In this document: positions 1-7,195 of the stretch, piece by piece | How positions within the stretch are numbered: position 1 is the first letter of the stretch | How the letters are laid out: each line of letters starts with the position of its first letter | Source of the DNA: a virus | Taxonomy: Duplodnaviria > Caudoviricetes | Reading direction: 5' to 3' (one strand) | Virus record (IMG/VR): IMGVR_UViG_3300033067_001074 | Coordinates: 1-37,149 of that record | Length of the DNA: 37,149 nucleotides | Position numbers and translations under genes: made by a program | The notes under the pieces: model-generated | Told to the model about the DNA's origin: nothing | Database searches by the model: none | Seen by the model: only the letters and a program-made list of their open reading frames with translations

Positions 1-224
1 TCGGCCCAGCCGAACATGGAGCAGAGTTCCCAGACGGTGAGTTTCTTAGCCAGCCTAGTCGCTGCTGTCCTTCTGAGGCAGTGAAACGTCAGCCCTTCTA
101 TCTTCGCTTCCTTTGCGTACCTAGCGAAGAGGGCTGAGATTGATCCTGCGGTCAACCCAAACCCGCCTTCCTTCCATGCCGCTATAGCCGCCGCGCTTAG
201 TGGCACTTCCCGCCTAGTCCCGTT
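1..224 (-). pseudogene. int: Tyrosine recombinase/integrase, C-terminal remnant (5'-truncated; 3' end runs off the window)
   Basis: Manual minus-strand translation: NGTRREVPLSAAAIAAWKEGGFGLTAGSISALFARYAKEAKIEGLTFHCLRRTAATRLAKKLTVWELCSMFGWA. This matches phage integrase (K)NG..R.VPL, the HxLR box and the L..MxGW/H box. Similarity stops abruptly upstream of 224. Confidence 0.8.
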
Positions 225-315
225 AAAGGAAGTACAGTCCTTGCCGAGTAGATGGTGGCTTGCGGAGCTTTCTAAGCTCATCAGCGGAAAGAATGTCGAA
301 GGAAACCTTCTCCAT
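223..315 (-). pseudogene. Truncated 30-aa ORF MEKVSFDILSADELRKLRKPPSTRQGLYFL, possibly the start of a GIY-YIG-like protein
   Basis: Strong RBS (GAGGGAGG) and an ATG abutting the upstream TAG. Ends in a G(I/L)YFL motif exactly at the junction with the integrase remnant. Confidence 0.45.
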
Positions 316-495
316 CTACTCCTCCCTCACGGTAGGAACGTCCATCCAGTCGGACCCGACCCAATTAACGTGCGAAGACCAGTTGTCGTAGTGGCCCTCT
401 CGGTATTGCAGGACACTCTTAATCCAAGACACAGCATCTACGTCATCGCTTGGAGTGGGGTGCACTTCTCTTTCCAGCCACCGGAGTTCGATCAT
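316..495 (-). CDS. Small phage hypothetical protein (59 aa, MIELRWLERE...VLQYR...WMDVPTVREE)
   Basis: Manual translation. ATGA overlap with the upstream gene; fits the tightly packed early operon. Confidence 0.7.
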   Translation of the reverse strand: MIELRWLEREVHPTPSDDVDAVSWIKSVLQYREGHYDNWSSHVNWVGSDWMDVPTVREE

Positions 496-782
496 TCCGG
501 CACCACGCTAGGCGCGACGGACTGCATGTTGACTACCCATACACGATCGCCGGGATAGAGCCATGTCGTTGTGTGCCTACCCCATTGCCGATGCTTGCCG
601 TCTCCATCGTATCGCTCGATTTCGTTGTGGTCTATTTCCTGCTCCCGCACCTTCTTCTCGACGTAGCGGGCGACGGCGAGGAGGGCGGCGTCGAACGCTT
701 CGGCTTGCGATTCCTGCGCGACGATAGCGCCCTCGAATGTCTCCGAGTACACCTTCCGCAGTTCCTCGATGGTGAGTTTCAC
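492..782 (-). CDS. Phage hypothetical protein (MKLTIEELRK...)
   Basis: ORF track 492..905; the likely GTG start at 782 overlaps the upstream stop. Confidence 0.6.
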   Translation of the reverse strand: MKLTIEELRKVYSETFEGAIVAQESQAEAFDAALLAVARYVEKKVREQEIDHNEIERYDGDGKHRQWGRHTTTWLYPGDRVWVVNMQSVAPSVVPE

Positions 783-1030
783 TTCTCCCCCTTCCCCTGC
801 GCGATGGCGGCGTCGATGGCGGCGTCGATGGCGGCGTCCAAGCGGTCGCCAACGTATTCGTTGTGCATGAAGTTGAACGGGATGACTTCCGCGAGCCGCA
901 GCCACCTGTACCGCCCCGCATCCTTCCTCACCCCCTCCAGTTCTGCGCGCAGGGCGGCGTTCTCGCGCTGCAATTCGACTGTGCGAGGGTTGATGCTCCA
1001 GAAGTCTGTGGGCTTTTGCGTGTCGCTCAC
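779..1030 (-). CDS. Phage early protein with DAxRYRWLR...LDAAIDAA motif
   Basis: Motif typical of lambdoid early-region proteins; GTGA overlap start; 12-nt AAID tandem repeat at about 803-838. Confidence 0.7.
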   Translation of the reverse strand: MSDTQKPTDFWSINPRTVELQRENAALRAELEGVRKDAGRYRWLRLAEVIPFNFMHNEYVGDRLDAAIDAAIDAAIAQGKGEK

Positions 1031-1146
1031 GGCTTCCCCCTCGGCAGGACGACGTTTCCGCATCGCCAGCATTCCCATTGATACGGGTAGCCCGGCGCGT
1101 GCGGCGCTCCCTTGGACATTTGAGACTGGCATTTTGGGCAGTTCAT
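1027..1146 (-). CDS. Small Zn-ribbon protein (CPKC...CWRC)
   Basis: Two CxxC motifs; ATGA overlap. Confidence 0.6.
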   Translation of the reverse strand: MNCPKCQSQMSKGAPHAPGYPYQWECWRCGNVVLPRGKP

Positions 1147-1529
1147 CGCTGCACCACCCAGCGCGCAACGCCGACCTCGAGGCCGTAGTAGTTCCATCGC
1201 TCGTCGTCGCGCTCGATGGTGGCTGGCTTGCCATCCTCGGTACGGCTCAGGTCGGCGATCCAAAAGAAAGGCCCGCTGTTCGAGTGATTGTGGAAGCCGT
1301 CAGCCTTCGTCACGTCAGGGTGAGCCTTGAGGAACGCGTTCACGATCGACGACCTGTCCGTGTAGATCGGCGCGCGGCCAACGGATTCCCGCTCCTTCTC
1401 CACCGCGAGCGCGGCGATGCGGCGGGCGAATTCCTCGTCCGTCTCGATGTCCACCTGACCATCGGCGTAGGGAGCGGATTCGATCTTCCCCGCCTCGATC
1501 ATCTTCTCGACTTCGGGGTGGAGGCTCAT
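1143..1529 (-). CDS. Phage hypothetical protein
   Basis: ORF track; coupled start/stop overlaps on both sides. Confidence 0.6.
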   Translation of the reverse strand: MSLHPEVEKMIEAGKIESAPYADGQVDIETDEEFARRIAALAVEKERESVGRAPIYTDRSSIVNAFLKAHPDVTKADGFHNHSNSGPFFWIADLSRTEDGKPATIERDDERWNYYGLEVGVARWVVQR

Positions 1530-1699
1530 CGCATCTCGTCGTAGTCAAGGTAGTAGGTGTCGCCGCATTTCTCGCACTTGTACCACTCGCCGTCCATGCT
1601 CGTAGACGGAACCTCCTTGCAATGCTTGCACCTAACTGGATCGGTGCAGCCGAGCGCGAGTTTGATAGCGGCCTGTTCCTGTTTGGTGAGGTCAGCCAT
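1526..1699 (-). CDS. Small Zn-ribbon protein (57 aa, CKHC...CEKC)
   Basis: Manual translation MADLTKQEQAAIKLALGCTDPVRCKHCKEVPSTSMDGEWYKCEKCGDTYYLDYDEMR; AGGAGG RBS. Confidence 0.65.
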   Translation of the reverse strand: MADLTKQEQAAIKLALGCTDPVRCKHCKEVPSTSMDGEWYKCEKCGDTYYLDYDEMR

Positions 1700-1758
1700 T
1701 TGGCCTCCTGTGCGGATTTTTCTTCCACCAATCGGTGGGAACCGGTTTGTTTCCTAGG

Positions 1759-1947
1759 TCAGCCACGGTACGGTTCCTTGGTCTTGAATGGCAGCCCTTT
1801 GCATCGCCCGCACCACACGCAGCGATAGCCGTTGAATTCGACGCTCACTCCGTCGCCAACGTCTACCCACCCCTCGCCGTACACGTCCTGATGCAGCCCG
1901 ATCTTGCAAAACAACTTGTAAATCCAGCTTACAAGTTCATCAGCCAT
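1759..1947 (-). CDS. Small Cys/His protein (LFCKIGLH...RCVWCG)
   Basis: ORF track; RBS AGGAGG; common prophage small-protein pattern. Confidence 0.6.
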   Translation of the reverse strand: MADELVSWIYKLFCKIGLHQDVYGEGWVDVGDGVSVEFNGYRCVWCGRCKGLPFKTKEPYRG

Positions 1948-2323
1948 CGGAGTCCTCCTTGCGAGTGGCGGCGAGGGCGGCGCGCTGCGACGGCGGATAG
2001 TTAATCGGGTTCTTGGACATCGCGTCGAAATCGTGAGCGCGATTTCTATCGCGTCGAAGCTCGATGCCGAACTTTATGCAATCCGTCATGGTGTCCCACG
2101 AACCTATGTTGCCAAGCGCACCATTGCTGCCACCCAGAAAAGGTTTCCACCTGACAACAGCCCACCACCGCTGCACGTCAGCGTACTTGCTGGTTCGATA
2201 AAAACCCGTCGCCAGGTATATCTCGTTCGGGTCTACGGTGTACTCGTCGCTGCCGTAGTACGCCTTCAACGCCTCGTTCAGCATCCTCGCCAACCGTCTC
2301 GCCTTGTAGGATGGCTCACGCAC
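1940..2323 (-). CDS. Phage hypothetical protein
   Basis: ORF track 1940..2386; likely GTG start at 2323. Confidence 0.55.
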   Translation of the reverse strand: MREPSYKARRLARMLNEALKAYYGSDEYTVDPNEIYLATGFYRTSKYADVQRWWAVVRWKPFLGGSNGALGNIGSWDTMTDCIKFGIELRRDRNRAHDFDAMSKNPINYPPSQRAALAATRKEDSDG

Positions 2324-2364
2324 CGCTAACTCCATCCTTGCGCGTGGCGGCGAGGGCGGCGCGC
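1956..2364. repeat. 30-bp direct repeat pair (1956-1985, 2335-2364; 29/30 identical) at the 3' ends of two consecutive genes
   Basis: tccttgcg(a/c)gtggcggcgagggcggcgcgc; both encode RAALAATRK. Confidence 0.85.
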
Positions 2365-2825
2365 GCAATCCTTGCGCTTTCTCCAAGTGGGCGCCACAAG
2401 ATTGTTTCCAGTGCCTCCCGCAGCCGCTCGGCCTCGGCGGTCTTGGCGATCAGTTCGCGCTCTAGCTTCGCTATGCGGCATTCATTAAGTGCGTACTGCT
2501 TTTCACACTTGCCACTCCAATCGCAAGGCCCCGGCGATGCAGGTTGCTGTGCGCTGGTTCCCTCGGTCGCATCCCGCTCCACCCGCTGCCCGATCCTCGC
2601 CAGCCGGATAAGCTCGGGCAGGGCGTTGCGGGCAGCGGCGATTAGGGCGGCGTCATCCTTACACAGCATCGGGTTCTCGTAGTCAGGAACGTACTTAACG
2701 CCATTAACAGCATACCCATCGCGTGTAGTGCGGTCGTAGTGGCACCCGTTAGGGGAACAACGAACCGTCCACTTAGCTTTGCTCGCCTTCTTCTCCAGCG
2801 CCTCCAGCGCGTCGAGGTCGATCAT
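2316..2825 (-). CDS. Ead/Ea22-like early protein
   Basis: MIDLDALEALEKKA..W...DAALIAAARNALPELI pattern plus a coiled-coil C-terminus. Confidence 0.6.
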   Translation of the reverse strand: MIDLDALEALEKKASKAKWTVRCSPNGCHYDRTTRDGYAVNGVKYVPDYENPMLCKDDAALIAAARNALPELIRLARIGQRVERDATEGTSAQQPASPGPCDWSGKCEKQYALNECRIAKLERELIAKTAEAERLREALETILWRPLGESARIARAALAATRKDGVSGA

Positions 2826-2977
2826 TGCAGTTCCCTTTCTTCTTCGGGATAGAACTCTTCCACGCCGGGGACGTAGAACTCGCATTCCTTCTTCCGAGGG
2901 CAGAAAGCAGCCATCAGGACGGTAGTGATTTCCGCCCCGCACAGTTCGCAGCGTGGCGCGTCGAGGTCGAGGGGCAT
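2822..2977 (-). CDS. Small Cys-rich protein
   Basis: MPLDLDAPRCELCGAE...CPRKKECEF; overlap-coupled. Confidence 0.55.
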   Translation of the reverse strand: MPLDLDAPRCELCGAEITTVLMAAFCPRKKECEFYVPGVEEFYPEEERELQ

Positions 2978-2979
2978 GG

Positions 2980-3291
2980 CTAGTACCTGTCGCGCTCTTG
3001 CCTGAACGGGAGGTCGTCGGCAATGTCTGCACCGCCGACCTTGCTGGAACCTCCCTTGCGGGGTTCCTGGGCCCTCTCTTCCTTCTTGTAGGTCGAAACC
3101 GCTGCGTACCATTTGCCAGACTTGGCGACCTTCACATCAATGTTGACCCATTCTTCCTTTGCCTTGTACTTCTCCCGAAGGAACTGTCCTAGTTCTTCGA
3201 CCTTGATCGAGATTTGAGCCTTGACGAAATCAGGCGCTCGCTCATGCGGTGCCTTTACGATCAGACCGGGGACGAATTCGATGTCGCTCAT
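2980..3291 (-). CDS. Putative single-stranded DNA-binding protein
   Basis: Directly downstream of erf; Gly-rich linker followed by an acidic DDLPF SSB-type tail motif. Confidence 0.55.
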   Translation of the reverse strand: MSDIEFVPGLIVKAPHERAPDFVKAQISIKVEELGQFLREKYKAKEEWVNIDVKVAKSGKWYAAVSTYKKEERAQEPRKGGSSKVGGADIADDLPFRQERDRY

Positions 3292-3932
3292 GTTCCAATT
3301 CCTTTCTCTTTTCCGATTTCTTTAAGACGGCGGCGCATCTTGCTATCGAGGAACGACCACACCGCAGCGCGTTCCTCTAGCGAAGGGATTTCGTGGTACG
3401 CCTTGAATGCCTCTTCCTCTTGTCCTGCGTTGAAGCAATCCACCACCGTCCCAGCAAAGCGATGGACGAATTCGTGTCTTTCCTTGGGAACCCTGTCCAT
3501 GCAGTCGGAGGTAGGCTTCGCGCCCTTCTTCTTTCCGTCATCGGTAAACGAGCGGTCTGCATCGTCCTCGTCGGTTTCGATGCCGATGGCGGCTTTCAGG
3601 GAATATCGACGCCGGTAGGTAAACGATGCCCCGTACTGTTGAGGATTGGCAGAGTCGAGCAGCGGCATGGTGTGCGAAATCCACTCGCCAGAAACGTGGA
3701 ACACCGTTGTAACGATGGACTCGCCCTCTGCCCCTTGCGTGATTCCCAAGCCGTGCGTCTTCAGGATCGGGCGCAGCAGCTTGAGCGTGTCTTCAAGCGT
3801 GGCGTATTTGAACGTGTAGCTCCCGCGCTGAGTCGCAACGAGGACTTCTTTCGTCTTCGGGATAACCGGAAACTCTGACTGCGCCGCAATCAATGCCTTG
3901 GCGATTTCCGCGATGCTTTCGGATTGCTTCAT
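3288..3932 (-). CDS. erf: ERF-family single-strand annealing protein
   Basis: IAKALIAAQ...KYATLED...GASFTYRRRYSL.A.IGIETDEDDAD matches the ERF signature GSxxTYxRRYxL...DxD. Confidence 0.9.
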   Translation of the reverse strand: MKQSESIAEIAKALIAAQSEFPVIPKTKEVLVATQRGSYTFKYATLEDTLKLLRPILKTHGLGITQGAEGESIVTTVFHVSGEWISHTMPLLDSANPQQYGASFTYRRRYSLKAAIGIETDEDDADRSFTDDGKKKGAKPTSDCMDRVPKERHEFVHRFAGTVVDCFNAGQEEEAFKAYHEIPSLEERAAVWSFLDSKMRRRLKEIGKEKGIGT

Positions 3933-3949
3933 TGGGCCTCTAGTTCCTG

Positions 3950-4459
3950 TTAGGCATCACAAACGCCAAATGCACTGGTCGCCGAGCTTCTCGCGCTCGC
4001 ACGTACAGCCGGTGGTTTTCTTGCATCCCGGCCGGCGCTTCTCCGCTTCCGTCCACGCTTCGCTGTGCTCCAGGCCGTTCAGGTGCTCAAGCACTTCGGT
4101 GTAAAGCGCGTGCCTTGCCCGGATCACCGAGTCTTCAGCGCCCCAATGGGCCGGGTGCGAAAGCATGTTCCTGCACCGCATCAGCAGCGTGCGCGAGTCC
4201 TTGGCGCCCTGCGCGTAGGCTGCGCGAATCTGCTGCACCGTGTACAGCTTGCGCCCGGTGGCGGTCTCGTAGCCCGGCTCTGGCAGTGCCTGCCCCGGCC
4301 TGTATACGTCGCCCTTGTGCGGCTTGAATCTGTCTAACCAACTCATGTGGTGCTCCACCAGTGATGCCTAACAGGTCGCTCAACCGGACCAGCGTCGGCG
4401 GGCGGCATCATCTCGTTTCTTGAGCGCATCACGCGCCTCCTTGTCCGGTTAGCTTTGCG
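3950..4459 (+). mobile_element. Integron gene cassette (510 bp) integrated at a GTT site
   Basis: 5' core G|TTAGGC at 3949-3955 is complementary to R'' GCCTAAC of the attC (15-bp IR, 3946-3960 and 4361-4375). Removal restores a phage ORF. Confidence 0.85.
3957..4346 (-). CDS. Cassette-borne hypothetical protein (MSWLDRFKPH..., C-terminal Cys cluster)
   Basis: ORF fills the cassette, antisense to attC and co-directional with the phage early operon. Confidence 0.65.
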   Translation of the reverse strand: MSWLDRFKPHKGDVYRPGQALPEPGYETATGRKLYTVQQIRAAYAQGAKDSRTLLMRCRNMLSHPAHWGAEDSVIRARHALYTEVLEHLNGLEHSEAWTEAEKRRPGCKKTTGCTCEREKLGDQCIWRL

Positions 4460-4498
4460 TTGGATTTGGACAATCTGGCGGTAGTAGAGTTCGTCCAT
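4343..4498 (-). CDS. Chimeric 51-aa ORF reading from the phage target gene through attC
   Basis: MDELYYRQIVQIQ|RKANRTRRRVMRSRNEMMPPADAGPVERPVRHHWWSTT; its TGA overlaps the ATG of the cassette ORF. Confidence 0.45.
   Translation of the reverse strand: MDELYYRQIVQIQRKANRTRRRVMRSRNEMMPPADAGPVERPVRHHWWSTT
4366..4465 (+). other. attC: attC recombination site (100 bp)
   Basis: R'' GCCTAAC 4366-72, 5-nt spacer, L'' GCTCAACC 4378-85 with one extra C, stem CCGGAC/GTCCGG, L' GGTTAGC 4447-53, 5-nt spacer, R' GTTGGAT 4459-65. Confidence 0.85.
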
Positions 4499-4800
4499 CA
4501 GCGATCTTCTCTTGACTCTGCTAGAGCCTCGTACATCGCCGCCTGTTCCTCTGCGTACATCTCACCGCAGGTTGCGTACAGGTCTTCGTCCTCGTATGCC
4601 TTGTCCGCGATGAGATCCTTGACGAACTCCGGTACGTCACCGATTACTTCTTCAATCGAGATTTCGTCCGGTTCGTCGGGATATCCGGGATCTCCGTTCG
4701 GCATATACGAGCGCCCCGGTTTTCCTTGGCAGTAGCGAATCTTGAGGTCTACCTCGTAGTCGAGTTCGTTGATGGTGCAACGGTATGGGATCTGGATCAC
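4498..4800 (-). CDS. Acidic phage hypothetical protein (GDPGYPDEPDE motif)
   Basis: ORF track; GTGA overlap start. Confidence 0.65.
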   Translation of the reverse strand: MIQIPYRCTINELDYEVDLKIRYCQGKPGRSYMPNGDPGYPDEPDEISIEEVIGDVPEFVKDLIADKAYEDEDLYATCGEMYAEEQAAMYEALAESREDR

Positions 4801-5024
4801 ATCGTCCTCACTTTCCCGCGACCCGCGCACCTGACTTGCCAATCCTGGCCCTGCGTCTTCGTCGCCACGGTCACCGTTCCTGTGGGGCACTCCACCCTGA
4901 GCGGCTGAACCTGCTTGGTGAGCGACTTCAATTCATCGTCGCGGTAGCTCATTTCGTCCATCGTGAGGGCGAAGGAGCCTAGTCCGCCGATGAGAACGCC
5001 GAGCATGATCTTAGGCAACGTCAT
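4797..5024 (-). CDS. Small protein with an N-terminal hydrophobic segment
   Basis: MTLPKIMLGVLIGGLGSFALT; overlap-coupled. Confidence 0.6.
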   Translation of the reverse strand: MTLPKIMLGVLIGGLGSFALTMDEMSYRDDELKSLTKQVQPLRVECPTGTVTVATKTQGQDWQVRCAGRGKVRTM

Positions 5025-5656
5025 TTCTTCACCCCAAACGATTCGTAGACAAGCGCGTTAAAGTCCTTCCTAGCAGCGTCCCTAGCAGCGGCCCAAGCAG
5101 CGGCCCAAGCAGCGTCCCAAGCAGCGGCCCTAGCAGCGTCCCAAGCAGCGGCCCTAGCAGCGGCCCTAGCAGCGGCCCAAGCAGCGTCCCAAGCAGCGGC
5201 CCAAGCAGCGTCCCAAGCAGCGTCCCAAGCAGCGGCCCAAGCAGCGTCCCAAGCAGCGTCCCTAGCAGCGGCCCTAGCAGCGTACCTTAACGACTTGTCG
5301 CCCGTCATTAGGTAATCAAGCACAACGTCAGGTGCATCCCAAAGATGCACAACAGATACCGCTTGCATACGCGAAAAGTACCAAAGCAAGTCAGTTGCAT
5401 CCATGCTCTTGATGATCTTGCGATGGGTGCATACGAGTTTGTCGCTCTGCTCTTGAACTTCACCCCAACACTCGACCATGTGCAACATATGTCCGGGCGC
5501 GAATTGAAGCGCGTCGAACGGTTCGCGGCTTGCGTGAAGTCCTTGCCAGCAAATAATCGGGTTGCCGTCAAATACCAGCACCCTCCCGGCTTTGGGAATG
5601 GCCCTTCCGTCGCGGAGTTTGTTGCCGGTGAAATGCCATGCAAGGATTTTTTTCAT
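5021..5656 (-). CDS. Phage protein with C..GLHAS domain and an AAWD/AARA tetrapeptide repeat tail
   Basis: ORF track 5021..5872, likely start MKKILAWHF at 5656. ICWQGLHAS...DKLVC motif is common in phage early proteins. Confidence 0.75.
   Translation of the reverse strand: MKKILAWHFTGNKLRDGRAIPKAGRVLVFDGNPIICWQGLHASREPFDALQFAPGHMLHMVECWGEVQEQSDKLVCTHRKIIKSMDATDLLWYFSRMQAVSVVHLWDAPDVVLDYLMTGDKSLRYAARAAARDAAWDAAWAAAWDAAWDAAWAAAWDAAWAAARAAARAAAWDAARAAAWDAAWAAAWAAARDAARKDFNALVYESFGVKK
5068..5283. repeat. 12-bp coding tandem repeat (about 18 units) encoding (W/R)(D/A)AA
   Basis: cc(t/a)agcagcg(t/g)c units seen directly. Confidence 0.95.
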
Positions 5657-5832
5657 TGCGTAATCTCCCTGACGGGCCGCGCCATGAACAAAGCCCTCTG
5701 CGCCTTCTTCCATTCCCGCTCGTACATTTCGCGTTCTTCCTTGAGCGTGAGTTCCATTTGCGCGGCGTGTTCCCATTGAGCGGCGAGGAAGCCGACTCGC
5801 CAGCGGAGGTAGAGCAAGCGAAGGTAGTTCAA
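5653..5832 (-). CDS. Small hypothetical protein (59 aa, TTG start, MNYLRLLYLRWRV...)
   Basis: Manual translation; overlaps both neighbours by 4 nt. Confidence 0.55.
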   Translation of the reverse strand: MNYLRLLYLRWRVGFLAAQWEHAAQMELTLKEEREMYEREWKKAQRALFMARPVREITQ

Positions 5833-6143
5833 GCGGCCTCCCGTTCTTGGCGCTCGTCAATTTGCCGGTCAATCTCGGCAGCGTCCTCGCACTGGCGGAT
5901 ATACGCCTTGCAGTGTTCGTCGGTGATGGACTTCTCGATCAGCCCGATCAGCCAGTTCTGCACTCGGTAGGCGTACTCCGAGGCAACCTCGCCTTCGTAG
6001 GCCAGAATCGCAGCCGCTTCTTCTGCAAAGCGGTGGTTGTCCATGTTCACATCGAGCACCAGTTCTAGAGACACCGGAGCCTCCTTCCCCATCCGCAGGA
6101 CTTCTTGCGCGAGGTCATAGCGAACTTGTTCGAGTTGGCTCAT
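5829..6143 (-). CDS. Phage hypothetical protein (MSQLEQVRYD...)
   Basis: ORF track; RBS GGAGG; ATGA overlap. Confidence 0.6.
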   Translation of the reverse strand: MSQLEQVRYDLAQEVLRMGKEAPVSLELVLDVNMDNHRFAEEAAAILAYEGEVASEYAYRVQNWLIGLIEKSITDEHCKAYIRQCEDAAEIDRQIDERQEREAA

Positions 6144-6283
6144 TTGTCCTCCTTCATGCCGAGAGCGATCTGCTGTTCTTCGCTCGGGCCGCGTTGGTCG
6201 GTCTCGGGACATTTTTGCACCGGACACCACAGGGCTTTTTCTTCTTCGCGGAACTGGATGCCGCATTTCGGGCATTTGTTCAT
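6140..6283 (-). CDS. Small Cys-rich protein (MNKCPKCG...)
   Basis: CxxC...CxxxxC; AAGGA RBS. Confidence 0.55.
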   Translation of the reverse strand: MNKCPKCGIQFREEEKALWCPVQKCPETDQRGPSEEQQIALGMKEDK

Positions 6284-6498
6284 GCGCGTTTCCTTTGCGC
6301 GGTGCTGATGGTGCCGTAGCCGTAGCCGTCGCCGTAGCCGTCGCCGTCGCCGTAGCCGTAGCCGTTGCCGTAGCCGTAGCCGTAGCCGTAGCCGTCGCCG
6401 TCGCCGTAGCCGTAGCCGTAGCCGTAGCCGTAGCCGTAGCCGTAGCCGTAGCCGTCGCCGTAGCCGTAGCCGTAGCCGTAGCCGACAGGACGGAACAT
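6280..6498 (-). CDS. Gly-Tyr repeat protein
   Basis: MFRPVGYGYGYGYGDG...; TGATG coupling to the upstream gene. Confidence 0.7.
   Translation of the reverse strand: MFRPVGYGYGYGYGDGYGYGYGYGYGYGYGYGDGDGYGYGYGYGNGYGYGDGDGYGDGYGYGTISTAQRKRA
6313..6484. repeat. Hexamer microsatellite (gccgta/gccgtc)n encoding GY/GD
   Basis: Seen directly, about 28 units. Confidence 0.95.
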
Positions 6499-6812
6499 CA
6501 CAGACCCCAATTTTCCGACACCGGAACGCAGAAGATTTCCGCGCCCTCGGGAATGTCCACATCGGCAACTTTGCGGAGGTCGGCTTTCTTGGTGTTCTCG
6601 ATCATCCCCGCGAACCCGACCGACTCCCACTTGAAAACGTGCAAAGCGCGGGAAAGCTTGATGCGCCCGTTCTCGCGGGTAACATCACCAGCAAAGATCC
6701 AGCCGCGATCCACGACCACCACGCAGCGGTTGCCGGTGGGCTTGACCTGCACGGAATCGGCGCGAACGTAGTCGATGCCGTTGATCTTCATCGTTTCGAT
6801 GGAACCGTTCAT
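6498..6812 (-). CDS. Small beta-barrel phage protein (DUF6948-like), first gene of the leftward operon
   Basis: VVVVDRGWIFAG...IKLSRA...W...G pattern, often found next to GY-repeat ORFs; RBS AGGAGA. Confidence 0.65.
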   Translation of the reverse strand: MNGSIETMKINGIDYVRADSVQVKPTGNRCVVVVDRGWIFAGDVTRENGRIKLSRALHVFKWESVGFAGMIENTKKADLRKVADVDIPEGAEIFCVPVSENWGL

Positions 6813-6852
6813 TTCGTCTCTCCTGTAGGCCCCGCAGTGCGGGTGTGGAGAG

Positions 6853-6918
6853 ATAATCCTCCCCCGCGAGAAAATAAGCCAATTGATTCTTCCTATCAGC
6901 CCGATAGACACAATCAAT
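6853..6918 (-). promoter_or_regulatory. Leftward early promoter with a full OxyR-type box
   Basis: ATTG-N7-CTAT-N7-ATAG-N7-CAAT at 6882-6918, abutting a weak -35 (TGGCTT), 17 bp, -10 GATTAT. Confidence 0.6.
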
Positions 6919-6955
6919 TAGCATCCGGCTATGTTCTGTGCGAGATTACTAGGGT

Positions 6956-7195
6956 ATGCAAACAGTCTATGTAGTCCGCAACGGTAAAACCCAGGCGATT
7001 CAGGCCGAGGTAAAGGATGACATTGCCTCCATCCCGCTCCCCTACGGGGCCTACAGGCGCATTAAACGCCCTCGGTGGCACCCTACCCTAGCCGAAGCTC
7101 AGGAAGCGGCTAGGGCGGCTTCTGACAGGGCCGCTGCGAGGGCGAGGAAACTATTAATGGAGCGCGGGGAACTTGCGCCGTCCCGAAATGTCTGA
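6956..7195 (+). CDS. Hypothetical protein, first rightward gene (not Cro-like)
   Basis: ORF track; no recognisable HTH. Confidence 0.5.
   Translation: MQTVYVVRNGKTQAIQAEVKDDIASIPLPYGAYRRIKRPRWHPTLAEAQEAARAASDRAAARARKLLMERGELAPSRNV

Noticed and set aside
215-245. prfB-like +1 frameshift (CTT TAA) producing an integrase fusion
   Set aside because: The frame relation fits, but the SD spacing is wrong and the product would still lack most of the integrase. A deletion scar is simpler.
450-1544. Long alternative-frame ORFs (450..1544 +, 22515..23822 -, 22679..23794 +, 23359..24444 -, 28442..29323 -, 10659..11525 -, 18468..19343 -)
   Set aside because: Shadow ORFs of GC-biased real genes, with no motifs or RBS.
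3946-4375. 15-bp inverted repeats as IS/MITE ends or invertible-segment sites
   Set aside because: No transposase, invertase or target duplication. The IR is explained by cassette core/inverse-core complementarity.
5068-6484. Repeat tracts as CRISPR arrays
   Set aside because: They are tandem, spacer-less, in-frame coding repeats, and no cas genes are present.
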